NCBI GenBank assembly: GCA_964350645.1
Contig: CAYGJY010000002.1
Span: 33,538-97,537, forward strand
DNA: 64,000 nt
Reading direction: 5' to 3'
DNA from: an uncultured Candidatus Saccharibacteria bacterium
Lineage (GTDB): Bacteria > Patescibacteriota > Minisyncoccia > Phycocordibacterales > UBA918
Of this stretch, positions 37,406 to 45,620 are shown piece by piece; position 1 is the stretch's first letter; every line of letters starts with the position of its first letter. Under the pieces are notes generated by a model. That model saw only the letters and a program-made list of their open reading frames with translations, was not told the origin of the DNA and made no database searches. A program made the translations under genes and the position numbers.

Positions 37406-37735
37406 CTAAGCTCGAGATAGATAGATAGAAATGGCTACCAAATCGTCTTTAGCTTCAATCAAACCTTTATCACTCATATAAAAATACGCTTGATCAATCG
37501 AGAATTTGTGAAGACGAATACCAATTGTATTGGTCACTGGCTTCTGGCTGTAGTAGAACCCAGTAGCTGTATACCCAAAAAAACCACCGTTACCATCCTG
37601 GAAAAGAGATACTGGACGATCGTGCTCACTAGTAAAAATATTGTCGTTGGTATACGACGTCGGTATTTCCGCGCTAAGTGCTCCTGGTGTTATTACCAAG
37701 AGAGCCAAGAGGCTGAAGTTCATTAATTTCCGCAT
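37406..37735 (-). CDS. hypothetical secreted protein (signal peptide)
   Basis: Signal sequence MRKLMNFSLLALLVITPGALSA. Confidence 0.4.
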   Translation of the reverse strand: MRKLMNFSLLALLVITPGALSAEIPTSYTNDNIFTSEHDRPVSLFQDGNGGFFGYTATGFYYSQKPVTNTIGIRLHKFSIDQAYFYMSDKGLIEAKDDLVAISIYLSRA

Positions 37736-37755
37736 CGGCGTAAACTACCATAAAA

Positions 37756-38208
37756 CTATTTTTTGTCAACCATTTCTAAATACTCATCAGCACTGCGTAA
37801 GACCGCCCGACTCTTTTCATGAGTAAGGCGATCCAACGCTTCTTTCAAAGTAAACCAACCCCCTTCATGCACTTCGGTACTATCGAGTGTGTATGCATGA
37901 CTGGCCGCTGCCCCCACAAAGTACGAAACGGTTTTTTTAATAAGTACTTCTTCGTGAACAAATTCATAACTCACATCAAATGTCACAGTGTTGTTGAGTG
38001 ACTCAAGAATCAATTGGGTTTCTTCTTGCAGTTCGCGAAGAGCGGCCTGCTCTGGAGTCTCTCCCACGTCCAGGTGACCCTTGGGAAACCCCCAATACGA
38101 ATCGCCCCGCCACTGACTAAACTGATGAATCAAAAAATACTCACGAATTCCCGTCACGCGTTTAGCATACGGAATCACACCATATGATTGGTCAGTTTTT
38201 ATTTTCAT
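37756..38208 (-). CDS. NUDIX hydrolase
   Basis: Nudix box GFPKGHLDVGETPEQAALRELQEETQL. Confidence 0.8.
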   Translation of the reverse strand: MKIKTDQSYGVIPYAKRVTGIREYFLIHQFSQWRGDSYWGFPKGHLDVGETPEQAALRELQEETQLILESLNNTVTFDVSYEFVHEEVLIKKTVSYFVGAAASHAYTLDSTEVHEGGWFTLKEALDRLTHEKSRAVLRSADEYLEMVDKK

Positions 38209-38794
38209 ACATATATAGCGACGGAAGGTTCGTGAGTTCTTCTAAAGACTTAACCCGATCCATAACTCTCGACGGATACCCACGCGTAATTGGATCTAGC
38301 CTCATTTTGACAAAATCATCAAACGAATACCGTATAACTTCAATCTCTTCACCATCATCGAGTTGTTGCGGAACAATCTGATCGAGTTCTGTCGCTAGAA
38401 AAGTATAAATAATCCGCTCGACTTTCTTGCTGTCTTGGTATGCATCAATCAACTTCCACTCTTTAAACTGGTAGCCGGTTTCTTCTCGCAATTCTCTCTT
38501 GGCGGCAGTCAGCTCATCTTCATCTGCATGGTCGTGCATACCAGCCGGGATCCCTAAAAAATAATCAGTATGCGGCTGTCGCTCTTTTGAGACTAGAATT
38601 GTATCTTCGTGAATCCCAATAATCTCTACCGTATCGGGACGCTTAAGCATTTCAAATATCTTCGTAGAACCATCAAACATTTTTTGTGGCCACTGGTACG
38701 TATCAAAAATCTGGCCAGCAAATACCCTCTCGGCCAGCTCTGGGATTACAACAGCATTTGGTGGTGTGTAGCTTCTCATGGATTGAGTATACAT
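38192..38794 (-). CDS. NUDIX hydrolase (ADP-ribose pyrophosphatase-like)
   Basis: Nudix box GIPAGMHDHADEDELTAAKRELREETG. Confidence 0.75.
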   Translation of the reverse strand: MYTQSMRSYTPPNAVVIPELAERVFAGQIFDTYQWPQKMFDGSTKIFEMLKRPDTVEIIGIHEDTILVSKERQPHTDYFLGIPAGMHDHADEDELTAAKRELREETGYQFKEWKLIDAYQDSKKVERIIYTFLATELDQIVPQQLDDGEEIEVIRYSFDDFVKMRLDPITRGYPSRVMDRVKSLEELTNLPSLYMYENKN

Positions 38795-38850
38795 GAAAAT
38801 AAGCTTGTATTACGAGATACATTCAGGCATAATGTCGCGACCTCGTAGTT

Positions 38851-38934
38851 GCCCAGGTGGCGGAATTGGTAGACGCGCTAGCTTGAGGGGCTAGTGACCT
38901 TTGGGTCGTGCTGGTTCAACTCCAGTCTTGGGCA
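38851..38934 (+). tRNA. tRNA-Leu (anticodon GAG), type II with a long variable arm. No CCA encoded
   Basis: Acceptor GCCCAGG/CTTGGGC; anticodon loop TTGAGGG; T-loop TTCAACT. Confidence 0.85.
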
Positions 38935-38942
38935 CACAAAAT

Positions 38943-38982
38943 ACAACAAAAGCGATCCCCTCGGGGATCGCTTTGTTGTTGA
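38943..38982. terminator. bidirectional terminator. A 16-bp perfect stem (CAACAAAGCGATCCCC-TC-GGGGATCGCTTTGTTG) + TT
   Basis: Lies between tRNA-Leu and the convergent IMPase gene. Confidence 0.7.
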
Positions 38983-38992
38983 GCTAAACCTC

Positions 38993-39850
38993 CTACTTAT
39001 CGGCCCACGCCTGTGGATCGCCGACAAAATCGAGGATTTCTTGATGGATATCTTGATGAGAAACAAATGTAATTGGTTCTTGATCAAAATGATCTCCATA
39101 CAGATCTTTAATTGCTCCCTTATAAAGAGACCACGATCCATTTTCAAAAACACTAATGGCTCCCCCGGCCGCTTTCACTACATAGAGCCCCGCTGCACTA
39201 TCCCATGGTGATAATGCAAAACAAAAATTTGCATCAATACGGCCAGATGACACATACGCGAACTGCAACAAAGACGATCCCAACATAGTTGATTGTCCAA
39301 ATCTGTCACTTAGGGCTTCCATCATTTTCGTACGAGCTGGTTTTACCCAAGCAGCTTTACGACTAGAAGCTCCCACACTAATGTAGGTCCGGCCCCCGAT
39401 TATATCAGCCGTTAGATTACAAAGATGTTCATTTTCATAGGCTCCATCTTCCATCAGTGACGCAAAAGTTTGCCCTGAAATCGGGTTGTGAATGATCGCC
39501 ATCGAATCTTCTGCGGTGGGACCAAGCCTCGTGGCTGTTACAGCAAAAAATGGAATCTTGCGCACAAAGTTATCTGTACCATCAATCGGATCAATAAACC
39601 AAACAAAGCCGTTGGTTCCCTCTCTGGTATCGCCTTCTTCTCCAACAATCGTATCGTCAGGAAATCGCTCAGCCACATGAGTACGGATAATAGTCTCTAT
39701 TTTCTTATCGATTTCGGTCACCACCGTACCATCTGCTTTTTGTGTACTGGGATTAATTGGTGAATCAAAGTATTCGCGGGCGTACTTTCCAGCGTCTTCA
39801 ATAAGTTTTGTAAGGTCATGAAATTCTTTGGTAATGTCCATATAGCGCAT
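38993..39850 (-). CDS. inositol monophosphatase family protein (SuhB/CysQ-like)
   Basis: FVWFIDPIDGTDNF and WDSAAG motifs. The ORF-track N-terminus is encoded by the terminator hairpin; the start is taken at MRYMDITKEF. Confidence 0.75.
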   Translation of the reverse strand: MRYMDITKEFHDLTKLIEDAGKYAREYFDSPINPSTQKADGTVVTEIDKKIETIIRTHVAERFPDDTIVGEEGDTREGTNGFVWFIDPIDGTDNFVRKIPFFAVTATRLGPTAEDSMAIIHNPISGQTFASLMEDGAYENEHLCNLTADIIGGRTYISVGASSRKAAWVKPARTKMMEALSDRFGQSTMLGSSLLQFAYVSSGRIDANFCFALSPWDSAAGLYVVKAAGGAISVFENGSWSLYKGAIKDLYGDHFDQEPITFVSHQDIHQEILDFVGDPQAWADK

Positions 39851-39862
39851 ATGGTAGCACGA

Positions 39863-39892
39863 AAAAAGCCGGCGCTGTGCGCCGGCTTTTTT
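39863..39892. terminator. bidirectional terminator (AAAAAAGCCGGCGC-TGT-GCGCCGGCTTTTTT)
   Basis: Perfect stem with A and T runs. Confidence 0.7.
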
Positions 39893-39907
39893 CGTGCCCA
39901 CAGGGAC

Positions 39908-40510
39908 TTATTTCTTAGCTTCTTCAACTGGAGTTTCTTCTGTTGATGCTTCTTCTGCCTGAGGAACTTCCTCTGTCGGCGCTTCAGCAGCGCTAGCTGC
40001 TTCGGCTTTTTTCGCTTCAACTTCTGCGGCAGCTGCCTCGGCTGCTACTCGCTCCTCTTCAGCCTTAGCGGCTGCTTCCTCAGCAGCCTTAGCTTCTTCT
40101 TCAGCTCGAGCTGCTGTCTCCATACCTGATTCGGTTGAGAGATCAGACAATGACATACGTCGCATTTGTCGTTTGATCTGTCGCGCTACCTTCTCACGAA
40201 TGTAATAGAGCTTCGCACGACGAACTTTCGCTCGTTTCACAATCTCGATCTTATCGATCATTGGTGAGTAGAGTGGGTAGATCTTTTCTACACCAACACC
40301 ACTAGCTACTTTACGAACGGTAAAGGTCGCTCCTGGCTCATCACCATGCTTACGCGCTAAAACGATTCCTTCAAAAATCTGGATTCGAGTCTTTCCTTTA
40401 TCTTGGATTTTTTGGTGCACTTTAACCGTATCACCAGCTTTAATGCCGAGTGACTTTCGATCCTCCATATTGACTGGAGACACCTTGATTCCTGTTAGTA
40501 CTGTATTCAT
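39908..40510 (-). CDS. rplS: 50S ribosomal protein L19 with an Ala/Glu/Lys-rich C-terminal extension of about 100 aa
   Basis: Core [10 protein letters not shown]...[13 protein letters not shown]...TFTVRKV...KLYYIRE. The tail reads [40 protein letters not shown]. Confidence 0.85.
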   Translation of the reverse strand: MNTVLTGIKVSPVNMEDRKSLGIKAGDTVKVHQKIQDKGKTRIQIFEGIVLARKHGDEPGATFTVRKVASGVGVEKIYPLYSPMIDKIEIVKRAKVRRAKLYYIREKVARQIKRQMRRMSLSDLSTESGMETAARAEEEAKAAEEAAAKAEEERVAAEAAAAEVEAKKAEAASAAEAPTEEVPQAEEASTEETPVEEAKK

Positions 40511-40590
40511 ATGTTCTATTAATTCTTCAACGAAATAGTCGTCTAAAAACGTGCCGTACTCTACCACAGCCCCCAAAAGAGAGCAATAGC

Positions 40591-41358
40591 TTAGCCTTCA
40601 ATTGTTTCTCCTTCAGCCGGCCCACAGAGCTTATCTTCTGCTTCAATAAACGACTGTGGCAACGGTGCCATAAAACGCTGCTCTTCTCCGTTTGGCACGG
40701 TGATCGTGAGAGCGTATGCATGTAGTGCCATCCGCTTCAGTCCTAGATTATTTGAGGTTTCAAGTTTTTTCCCAGCGTACAGCGGATCACCGATAATCGG
40801 TCGGTCGATTGCTTTAAGATGCACCCGCAGTTGATGCGTCCGGCCAGTCTTTGGTTTTAGCTTCACGTACGAAAATGGTTCACCCTCATACTCACCTTTA
40901 CCAATCAATTCCCAATCAGTCGTTGCTTCGCGCATTACGCCCTTAGCGCCACGCTCAGCACTCCGCAAACGAAAATCTCGCGCACTGCGGCCAATGGCTC
41001 GGTCAATCGTGCCCCACTGATCACGCATGTGTCCATACACCAAGGCGCGATACTCTTTTTGGACTAGTCGATCATGAAACTGGGCTTTTAAGAAATCAAA
41101 CGCTACCTGGTTTTTGGCCATAATCATCACGCCAGATGTCCCTGCATCAAGTCGATGGACCACGCCGGAACGATCCATTTTCTCTCCGGCTGGAGTGACT
41201 TGTGGTTCACCGACACCGCGTGCCTCTGGCACACGGTGTACAAACCAATCAACCACCGTCTCTCCTTCAGTGCGCTTATCTTCGTGCACCATTAAAGCGA
41301 CTGGCTTATTGATCACCAACACATCCTCATTTTCAAAAATAATTTCTGGTTCAGTCAT
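40591..41358 (-). CDS. RluA-family pseudouridine synthase
   Basis: [16 protein letters not shown] catalytic motif. Start taken at [19 protein letters not shown]. Confidence 0.8.
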   Translation of the reverse strand: MTEPEIIFENEDVLVINKPVALMVHEDKRTEGETVVDWFVHRVPEARGVGEPQVTPAGEKMDRSGVVHRLDAGTSGVMIMAKNQVAFDFLKAQFHDRLVQKEYRALVYGHMRDQWGTIDRAIGRSARDFRLRSAERGAKGVMREATTDWELIGKGEYEGEPFSYVKLKPKTGRTHQLRVHLKAIDRPIIGDPLYAGKKLETSNNLGLKRMALHAYALTITVPNGEEQRFMAPLPQSFIEAEDKLCGPAEGETIEG

Positions 41359-41626
41359 GGGTAATTGAAAAGTCATCATACACTCTTTTACTGGTTCGCC
41401 AATCAACCGCGACCGCTTCAACCTTAGCGCGTAGTGATCCCTCATGTAAATACTCAACAAACTCTTTCAGTACATCCGGCATTCCCTGGGCAACTACTAC
41501 AACCGTACCATCGCGAGCGTTCTTAACCCAACCAGCCACACCAAGTGCTGTAGCCGCGTCTTGTACATACACGCGATACGATACCTGCTGTACAATCCCA
41601 CTAACCACACAATAAATCTCTGTCAT
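41351..41626 (-). CDS. acyP: acylphosphatase
   Basis: VSGIVQQVSYRVYVQ...GWVKNARDGTV motifs. Confidence 0.85.
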   Translation of the reverse strand: MTEIYCVVSGIVQQVSYRVYVQDAATALGVAGWVKNARDGTVVVVAQGMPDVLKEFVEYLHEGSLRAKVEAVAVDWRTSKRVYDDFSITHD

Positions 41627-41687
41627 CGGCGCTAGTATACGCTATTGAAATATTTAGAAAACCTAGTACTATGTTGCGACCTCCTAA

Positions 41688-41760
41688 GCGCGATTAGCTC
41701 AGTTGGTAGAGCAGCGCATTTACACTGCGAAGGTCGGGAGTTCGAGCCTCTCATCGCGCA
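41688..41760 (+). tRNA. tRNA-Val (anticodon TAC). No CCA encoded
   Basis: Acceptor GCGCGAT/ATCGCGC; D-arm GCTCAGTTGGTAGAGC; anticodon loop TTTACAC; T-loop TTCGAGC. Confidence 0.85.
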
Positions 41761-41769
41761 CTACGGTAT

Positions 41770-41807
41770 AGAAAAAGACCTGATTCTAAAGAATCAGGTC
41801 TTTTTCT
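41770..41807 (+). terminator. intrinsic terminator after tRNA-Val (AGAAAAAGACCTGATTC-TAAA-GAATCAGGTCTTTTTCT)
   Basis: Perfect 17-bp stem including A/T runs. Confidence 0.75.
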
Positions 41808-41902
41808 ATAGTAGTAAGCAAACTGCTTTGCTTGCGTACCGTAATGCGGGCCGGAGACATGTTTCTTCTCTTTACTAGTGAAGAAACAGTCGAGGCGGGC
41901 GA

Positions 41903-41949
41903 GAGTACAAACCAAACTAATCACAACGTGATTAGTTTGGTTTGTACTC
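41903..41949. repeat. perfect 21-bp inverted repeat (GAGTACAAACCAAACTAATCA-CAACG-TGATTAGTTTGGTTTGTACTC) with no T-run
   Basis: Read directly; both arms are exact reverse complements. Confidence 0.8.
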
Positions 41950-42059
41950 GTAACCACCCCGAACCATAACGCATCCCTTGACAAAACTCACAATCGTTAT
42001 AATCACCCATCCCCACTTTACGGTCAACCGGAGGAGGAGTATTTTGGAATTAGGGTCAA

Positions 42060-42360
42060 TGACGACCCAGGAAAGGAGTTAATCCAATGCCTACTGGTCC
42101 AACTTGCCCAGTGACACCGAGGATGTTCGGCTTGGGTGCAGATGCACTCCGCTCGGTCTTGTCCGGAAGACTGGTCGAACTACCTCCCGACGCAAGGCGG
42201 GTGATTGCATGGCTGGCCGAACAAGCCAGCTGACACGTGGAATCCCGGCGACTGCACCAAGCAGACGGCCGCCGGGACACCACATTTTTACAAAACGCGT
42301 AGAGCTCGTTTTTATATTTGAGCGAAAGGGGCGCGGCGGCAGCCGCGCCCCTTTCTTAAT
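42060..42360 (+). ncRNA. candidate structured non-coding RNA (unclassified). A GC-rich island ending in the GGGGCGCGGC-GGCA-GCCGCGCCCC hairpin
   Basis: Local GC is clearly above the surroundings. Both-strand ORFs are Arg-rich nonsense. Several nested inverted repeats. Lies between two tRNAs. Class not determined. Confidence 0.3.
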
Positions 42361-42405
42361 CTTCAGTTCCCCTCCCCGCCTAAGTTTGCTATTGTAGTCC
42401 AACTT

Positions 42406-42480
42406 GCCCCTGTAGTTTAATGGATAAAACAGGAGACTTCTAAGCTTTAGATGGGAGTTCGATTCTTCCCGGGGGCACCA
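42406..42480 (+). tRNA. tRNA-Arg (anticodon TCT). The only tRNA in the window with an encoded CCA
   Basis: Acceptor GCCCCTG/CGGGGGC; D-arm GTTT-AATGGATA-AAAC; anticodon loop CTTCTAA identical to E. coli argU; T-loop TTCGATT. The anticodon stem is weak (two G.U pairs and one A/G mismatch). Confidence 0.65.
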
Positions 42481-42614
42481 CGTAGCGAGACCTATCGAGA
42501 GGGGTTAATGCCCCACCAATCTCGATGAGTCTAGCGAATCAACACCACCCGAAATGGTGGTGTTGATTTGTGTATTAGCTTAGGCAAAATAATCTTACTC
42601 TATCTAAAAAGATA

Positions 42615-42962
42615 CTACATCTCGCTATAGCGTGCAGGATTATTTTTTGCCAATGCGACAGGATATTTGGCTTCGTTTTTGTTCATCTTTTCCTGTAAGG
42701 CTAAGGCGAGGTCTATTTGGTAATGATTCGAAATTTTAATCAACCAATAAAAAACATCAGCTAATTCGCTTGGAAGTTGTTCGAGTCGGTCTGGCATGAT
42801 GTCGTTATCTGTACTCCATTGAAACAACTCGAGAAGTTCGTTAGCCTCGACACTCAGTGATAAGGCCATATTTTTAGGAGTATGGAACTGTTGCCAGTTA
42901 CGATCTATACCATATTGCAATATGCGTTGTTCTAGTTCATTAAATAATTGAGAATCTTTCAT
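42615..42962 (-). CDS. MazG-like nucleotide pyrophosphohydrolase (second copy)
   Basis: FHTPKNMALSLSVEANELLELFQW and DVFYWL motifs of the MazG/YpjD NTP-PPase family. Confidence 0.75.
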   Translation of the reverse strand: MKDSQLFNELEQRILQYGIDRNWQQFHTPKNMALSLSVEANELLELFQWSTDNDIMPDRLEQLPSELADVFYWLIKISNHYQIDLALALQEKMNKNEAKYPVALAKNNPARYSEM

Positions 42963-43027
42963 ATATCTATATTATACGTGAATCGATATAAAAACAGAAA
43001 GAGCGTAAACAGGTGGCTACGCCCTTC

Positions 43028-43834
43028 CTATTTACGCCCAGATTTACGTCCGAAACCGACTACAACAAGCGGGACTGTCTGGGGATCAACCTCAGTTATA
43101 ATTGCAGCCTTCATAATAGTTTCTGTAGCTGGAACACTTTCAGCTGAGGAATTGATGGCATCCTCATCCTCAAACCCGTACCGGCGATACAGTAGTTTTA
43201 AACCATCACTTGTCATGAGTCGAGACGGAACAAGATGTGGTACTCCACCAATATTGAATCGGGTATAGCTAGCCGGAATCTGGTACAACTGCTCCCTGAC
43301 GACTCGATTGAGACCATCAGATGGAAACGACGTAATCAGAACACCTCCTACCTTCAAAACTCTCCACGCCTCCTCGAAAAATCTTTCAGTGTTCATGTGG
43401 TCACACAAGGCGGCCACCACCACATCAAATTTTCCCAGTTGAGTGTTCTCGCTTATATCTTCACCAGAACCGAGAACGAAATTGCCGCACCGGGGATGAC
43501 CATGACGCCTTTGCACTTGTTCATGGACGTACTGTCTACACAATTCTAAGGCAACAGGTGAATTGTCCAAAAACGTGATGTTTCGAGGATTCATCTCGTC
43601 GAGATATGAATCCTCAAGGGTGGCCTGGCTGATCCATTCCTCGACATTACCTTCGGGCCCAGGTCCGACAACCAGATAGCTCATTTCTGAGTACCAGCGA
43701 TCTTCTCCTCTACCCCTGGCTTGCGCTAGAAATTTTCTTATTGGGGCGGATTGCACTGTACGAAACAATGTTGTTGTTTTGCCATGGAGATATCCCTCTG
43801 CCATGGCATTGTAGACGTCTACGCTTTTTGTCAT
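43028..43834 (-). CDS. class I SAM-dependent methyltransferase
   Basis: Motif I-like VLGSGEDIS and FDVVVAALCDHMNTERFFEEAWRVLKVGGVLI (post-I/II motifs). Start taken at MTKSVDVYN. Confidence 0.6.
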   Translation of the reverse strand: MTKSVDVYNAMAEGYLHGKTTTLFRTVQSAPIRKFLAQARGRGEDRWYSEMSYLVVGPGPEGNVEEWISQATLEDSYLDEMNPRNITFLDNSPVALELCRQYVHEQVQRRHGHPRCGNFVLGSGEDISENTQLGKFDVVVAALCDHMNTERFFEEAWRVLKVGGVLITSFPSDGLNRVVREQLYQIPASYTRFNIGGVPHLVPSRLMTSDGLKLLYRRYGFEDEDAINSSAESVPATETIMKAAIITEVDPQTVPLVVVGFGRKSGRK

Positions 43835-44041
43835 TAGGGTACTCCTTTCTAGACTAGAGAATACACTTTTTATTTGCAATAGCAATGAGAGACGAGTTAA
43901 ATTTAGTTCAAATGAGACCCTACCGAGAGGCATTATTGAATACCAGTTTGTTTCGCCCAAAGGCCCTTATGGTGCTTGATGGGTATTTTTCCGATACGCC
44001 AAGGGGGCACCAAATAATAACCTTTGCGCGAACCCATTACT

Positions 44042-44093
44042 ACACATGAAGCCATTAGCCTCAGGGCTAATGGCTTCATGTGTACTTTGTTTC
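44042..44093. terminator. 19-bp perfect hairpin (ACACATGAAGCCATTAGCC-TCAG-GGCTAATGGCTTCATGTGT) + T-rich tail, at the end of the pilus operon
   Basis: Perfect inverted repeat 15 nt beyond the stop of 44098-44559. Confidence 0.65.
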
Positions 44094-44097
44094 TCCT

Positions 44098-44559
44098 TTA
44101 ATTAAAATCTTGATCTGGTGTCAACACCGGCACATCCTCATTATTCTGTTCTTCTGTTTCATCTTCTTGGCTTGCGTCTATAGTTTCGGACTCAAATGAT
44201 CCAGCTGTACTAGTAGCTACTTGCTCAGGTACTGCAACTGGAGCTGGGGGGCGTCCAGACAATAACTTAAACTGAGCTTCCTTAACCGAGAAGATAGCGA
44301 TAGCTTTCTCAGCAGTGGCTGATGTATAAGGCACTACTGGAATCACCTCTGCTGTCACTCGATCTTGAATCGTATCGTAATACAAAAAATCACGGACACT
44401 CAACACCCCGGCAACACAAACAATCACCACTAATAATCCGATCCCAATCAGCCACTCTCGATGCGGGTAAATGGTTTGTGGCTCACTAATACCTTTAGTC
44501 CGGCGAAATACCGAACGAGACATTTTTAAAATATCGTTTTTACTAATCATAATCTTCAA
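44098..44559 (-). CDS. hypothetical membrane protein in the pilus cluster (occupies the PilP position)
   Basis: Single TM helix (LIGIGLLVVIVCVAGVL) and an acidic C-terminus. Follows PilO-like and overlaps it. Confidence 0.4.
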   Translation of the reverse strand: MKIMISKNDILKMSRSVFRRTKGISEPQTIYPHREWLIGIGLLVVIVCVAGVLSVRDFLYYDTIQDRVTAEVIPVVPYTSATAEKAIAIFSVKEAQFKLLSGRPPAPVAVPEQVATSTAGSFESETIDASQEDETEEQNNEDVPVLTPDQDFN

Positions 44560-45082
44560 TCGTTAACTGTAAGGCAATATCGGCAGAAATACTCCCCGGG
44601 CTTGCACCACTCGCCTTACGATCAATACTAACCTTAGTGATCGAGCCATGATATGGCAAGGTCTCAAAAATGCGCAGCATATTCATAAGAGCTCCCTCAG
44701 TTCCTTCAAGGGTATAGCTCAGATTAAGTGTATTAAATGCACCTCTGGTTTCATCGACACTGAGCTGATTGGTTTCTAAGATTACATTTTGTTGTTTTGC
44801 GATGGCGTCAATTTCTGTCAGCAACGTAATCGTATCCGCATCATCAGCCAATATGTACGTTTCAAGTTTTTCTCGCTCACTTTCTGTCTCAGACACCATC
44901 GACTGCAACTGACGAAACTGTGATGAAAACTCTTCCTGACTACTAATCGTCTCTGCTTGTTTCTCAAGTGCAATTCCTTCAGATACTACTAGTGTATCCA
45001 TCCAAACATACAGGCCAATCATGCTCCCCATAAAAACAAGGGCGATAACGAGACTCTGAAATTTTTTAATGTTACTAGTCAT
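44543..45082 (-). CDS. type IV pilus assembly protein PilO-like
   Basis: N-terminal TM, coiled-coil, and C-terminal ferredoxin-like domain. Sits in the gene order pilM-pilN-this gene. Confidence 0.5.
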   Translation of the reverse strand: MTSNIKKFQSLVIALVFMGSMIGLYVWMDTLVVSEGIALEKQAETISSQEEFSSQFRQLQSMVSETESEREKLETYILADDADTITLLTEIDAIAKQQNVILETNQLSVDETRGAFNTLNLSYTLEGTEGALMNMLRIFETLPYHGSITKVSIDRKASGASPGSISADIALQLTIEDYD

Positions 45083-45084
45083 AG

Positions 45085-45618
45085 TTATTGTGTTGGCACG
45101 ATAGCAATATTAAATGAAATATCGCGATCTTTAGCTAAATTAGAAATTGGTACTTCAGCTTCAGCAAACAGAGGGTGGATCTCAAGATCGTCACTAAACT
45201 TCGCTAAGGCCGCTCTAGTTGTCGCCACACCGGTAATATTGATTTTAGTAATTATGGCTGCTTCAAGCACTACCTCAAAACTTTCGACCGTGATCTGCGT
45301 ACCGGCAATTTCATCAAGTACATTAACTACCTCTGAAGCCAACGTCGTTGTGCCAGTCTCAGCTAACAAAGCTGCTACCGTGTTTGCTGCTTGCAGTGTT
45401 TCCTGGGCTTCATTAAATGCCTTCTCTTGCTCTTGCGCGTTAGCAAGCTCACCTGAAAAAGCCGCAAGCTGAGACTTCACCAATACAAACGTTGGAGCAT
45501 GCAGGACGTTTGCAATAATACAAGCCACTCCAATAATCACCGCCCACACTGTAGCTACTCTGATCCAATACTGGATAAGCAATTCTCGCTTTGCACTTGG
45601 TGGAATAAGATTTGCCAT
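45085..45618 (-). CDS. type IV pilus assembly protein PilN-like
   Basis: Short cytoplasmic N-terminus (LIPPSAKRELLIQYW), one TM and a periplasmic domain, directly downstream of pilM. Confidence 0.55.
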   Translation of the reverse strand: MANLIPPSAKRELLIQYWIRVATVWAVIIGVACIIANVLHAPTFVLVKSQLAAFSGELANAQEQEKAFNEAQETLQAANTVAALLAETGTTTLASEVVNVLDEIAGTQITVESFEVVLEAAIITKINITGVATTRAALAKFSDDLEIHPLFAEAEVPISNLAKDRDISFNIAIVPTQ

Positions 45619-45620
45619 AA

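Noticed and set aside
38878-39153. ORF-track entries overlapping tRNA genes (38878-39153 minus, 41645-41878 plus, 48241-48537 plus, 48923-49108 plus)
   Set aside because: They are read through cloverleaf tRNA sequences and terminators and have no domains.
42091-42402. Overlapping ORFs on both strands (42091-42402 minus, 42104-42397 plus) inside the GC-rich island
   Set aside because: Both translations are Arg/Pro/Gly-rich nonsense and mirror each other. The region is better explained as a structured RNA, or as a small 48-aa ORF.
41813-42405. RNase P RNA assignment for the island
   Set aside because: Partial matches to P4-like strings (GGAAAG..., ...CCCGGCG) are only about 90 nt apart. Hallmark motifs (GGUAAGGGUGAAA, GGUAAACCCCACC) are absent on both strands.
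42406-42480. Possibility that the CCA-ending tRNA-like element is the 3' tRNA-like domain of a tmRNA spanning the upstream island
   Set aside because: The element has a complete D-arm (GTTT/AAAC, G18G19) and an anticodon loop identical to tRNA-Arg(UCU). tmRNA tRNA-like domains lack these, and no GGGG...GGATTCGAC 5' partner or ANDENYALAA-type tag frame was found.
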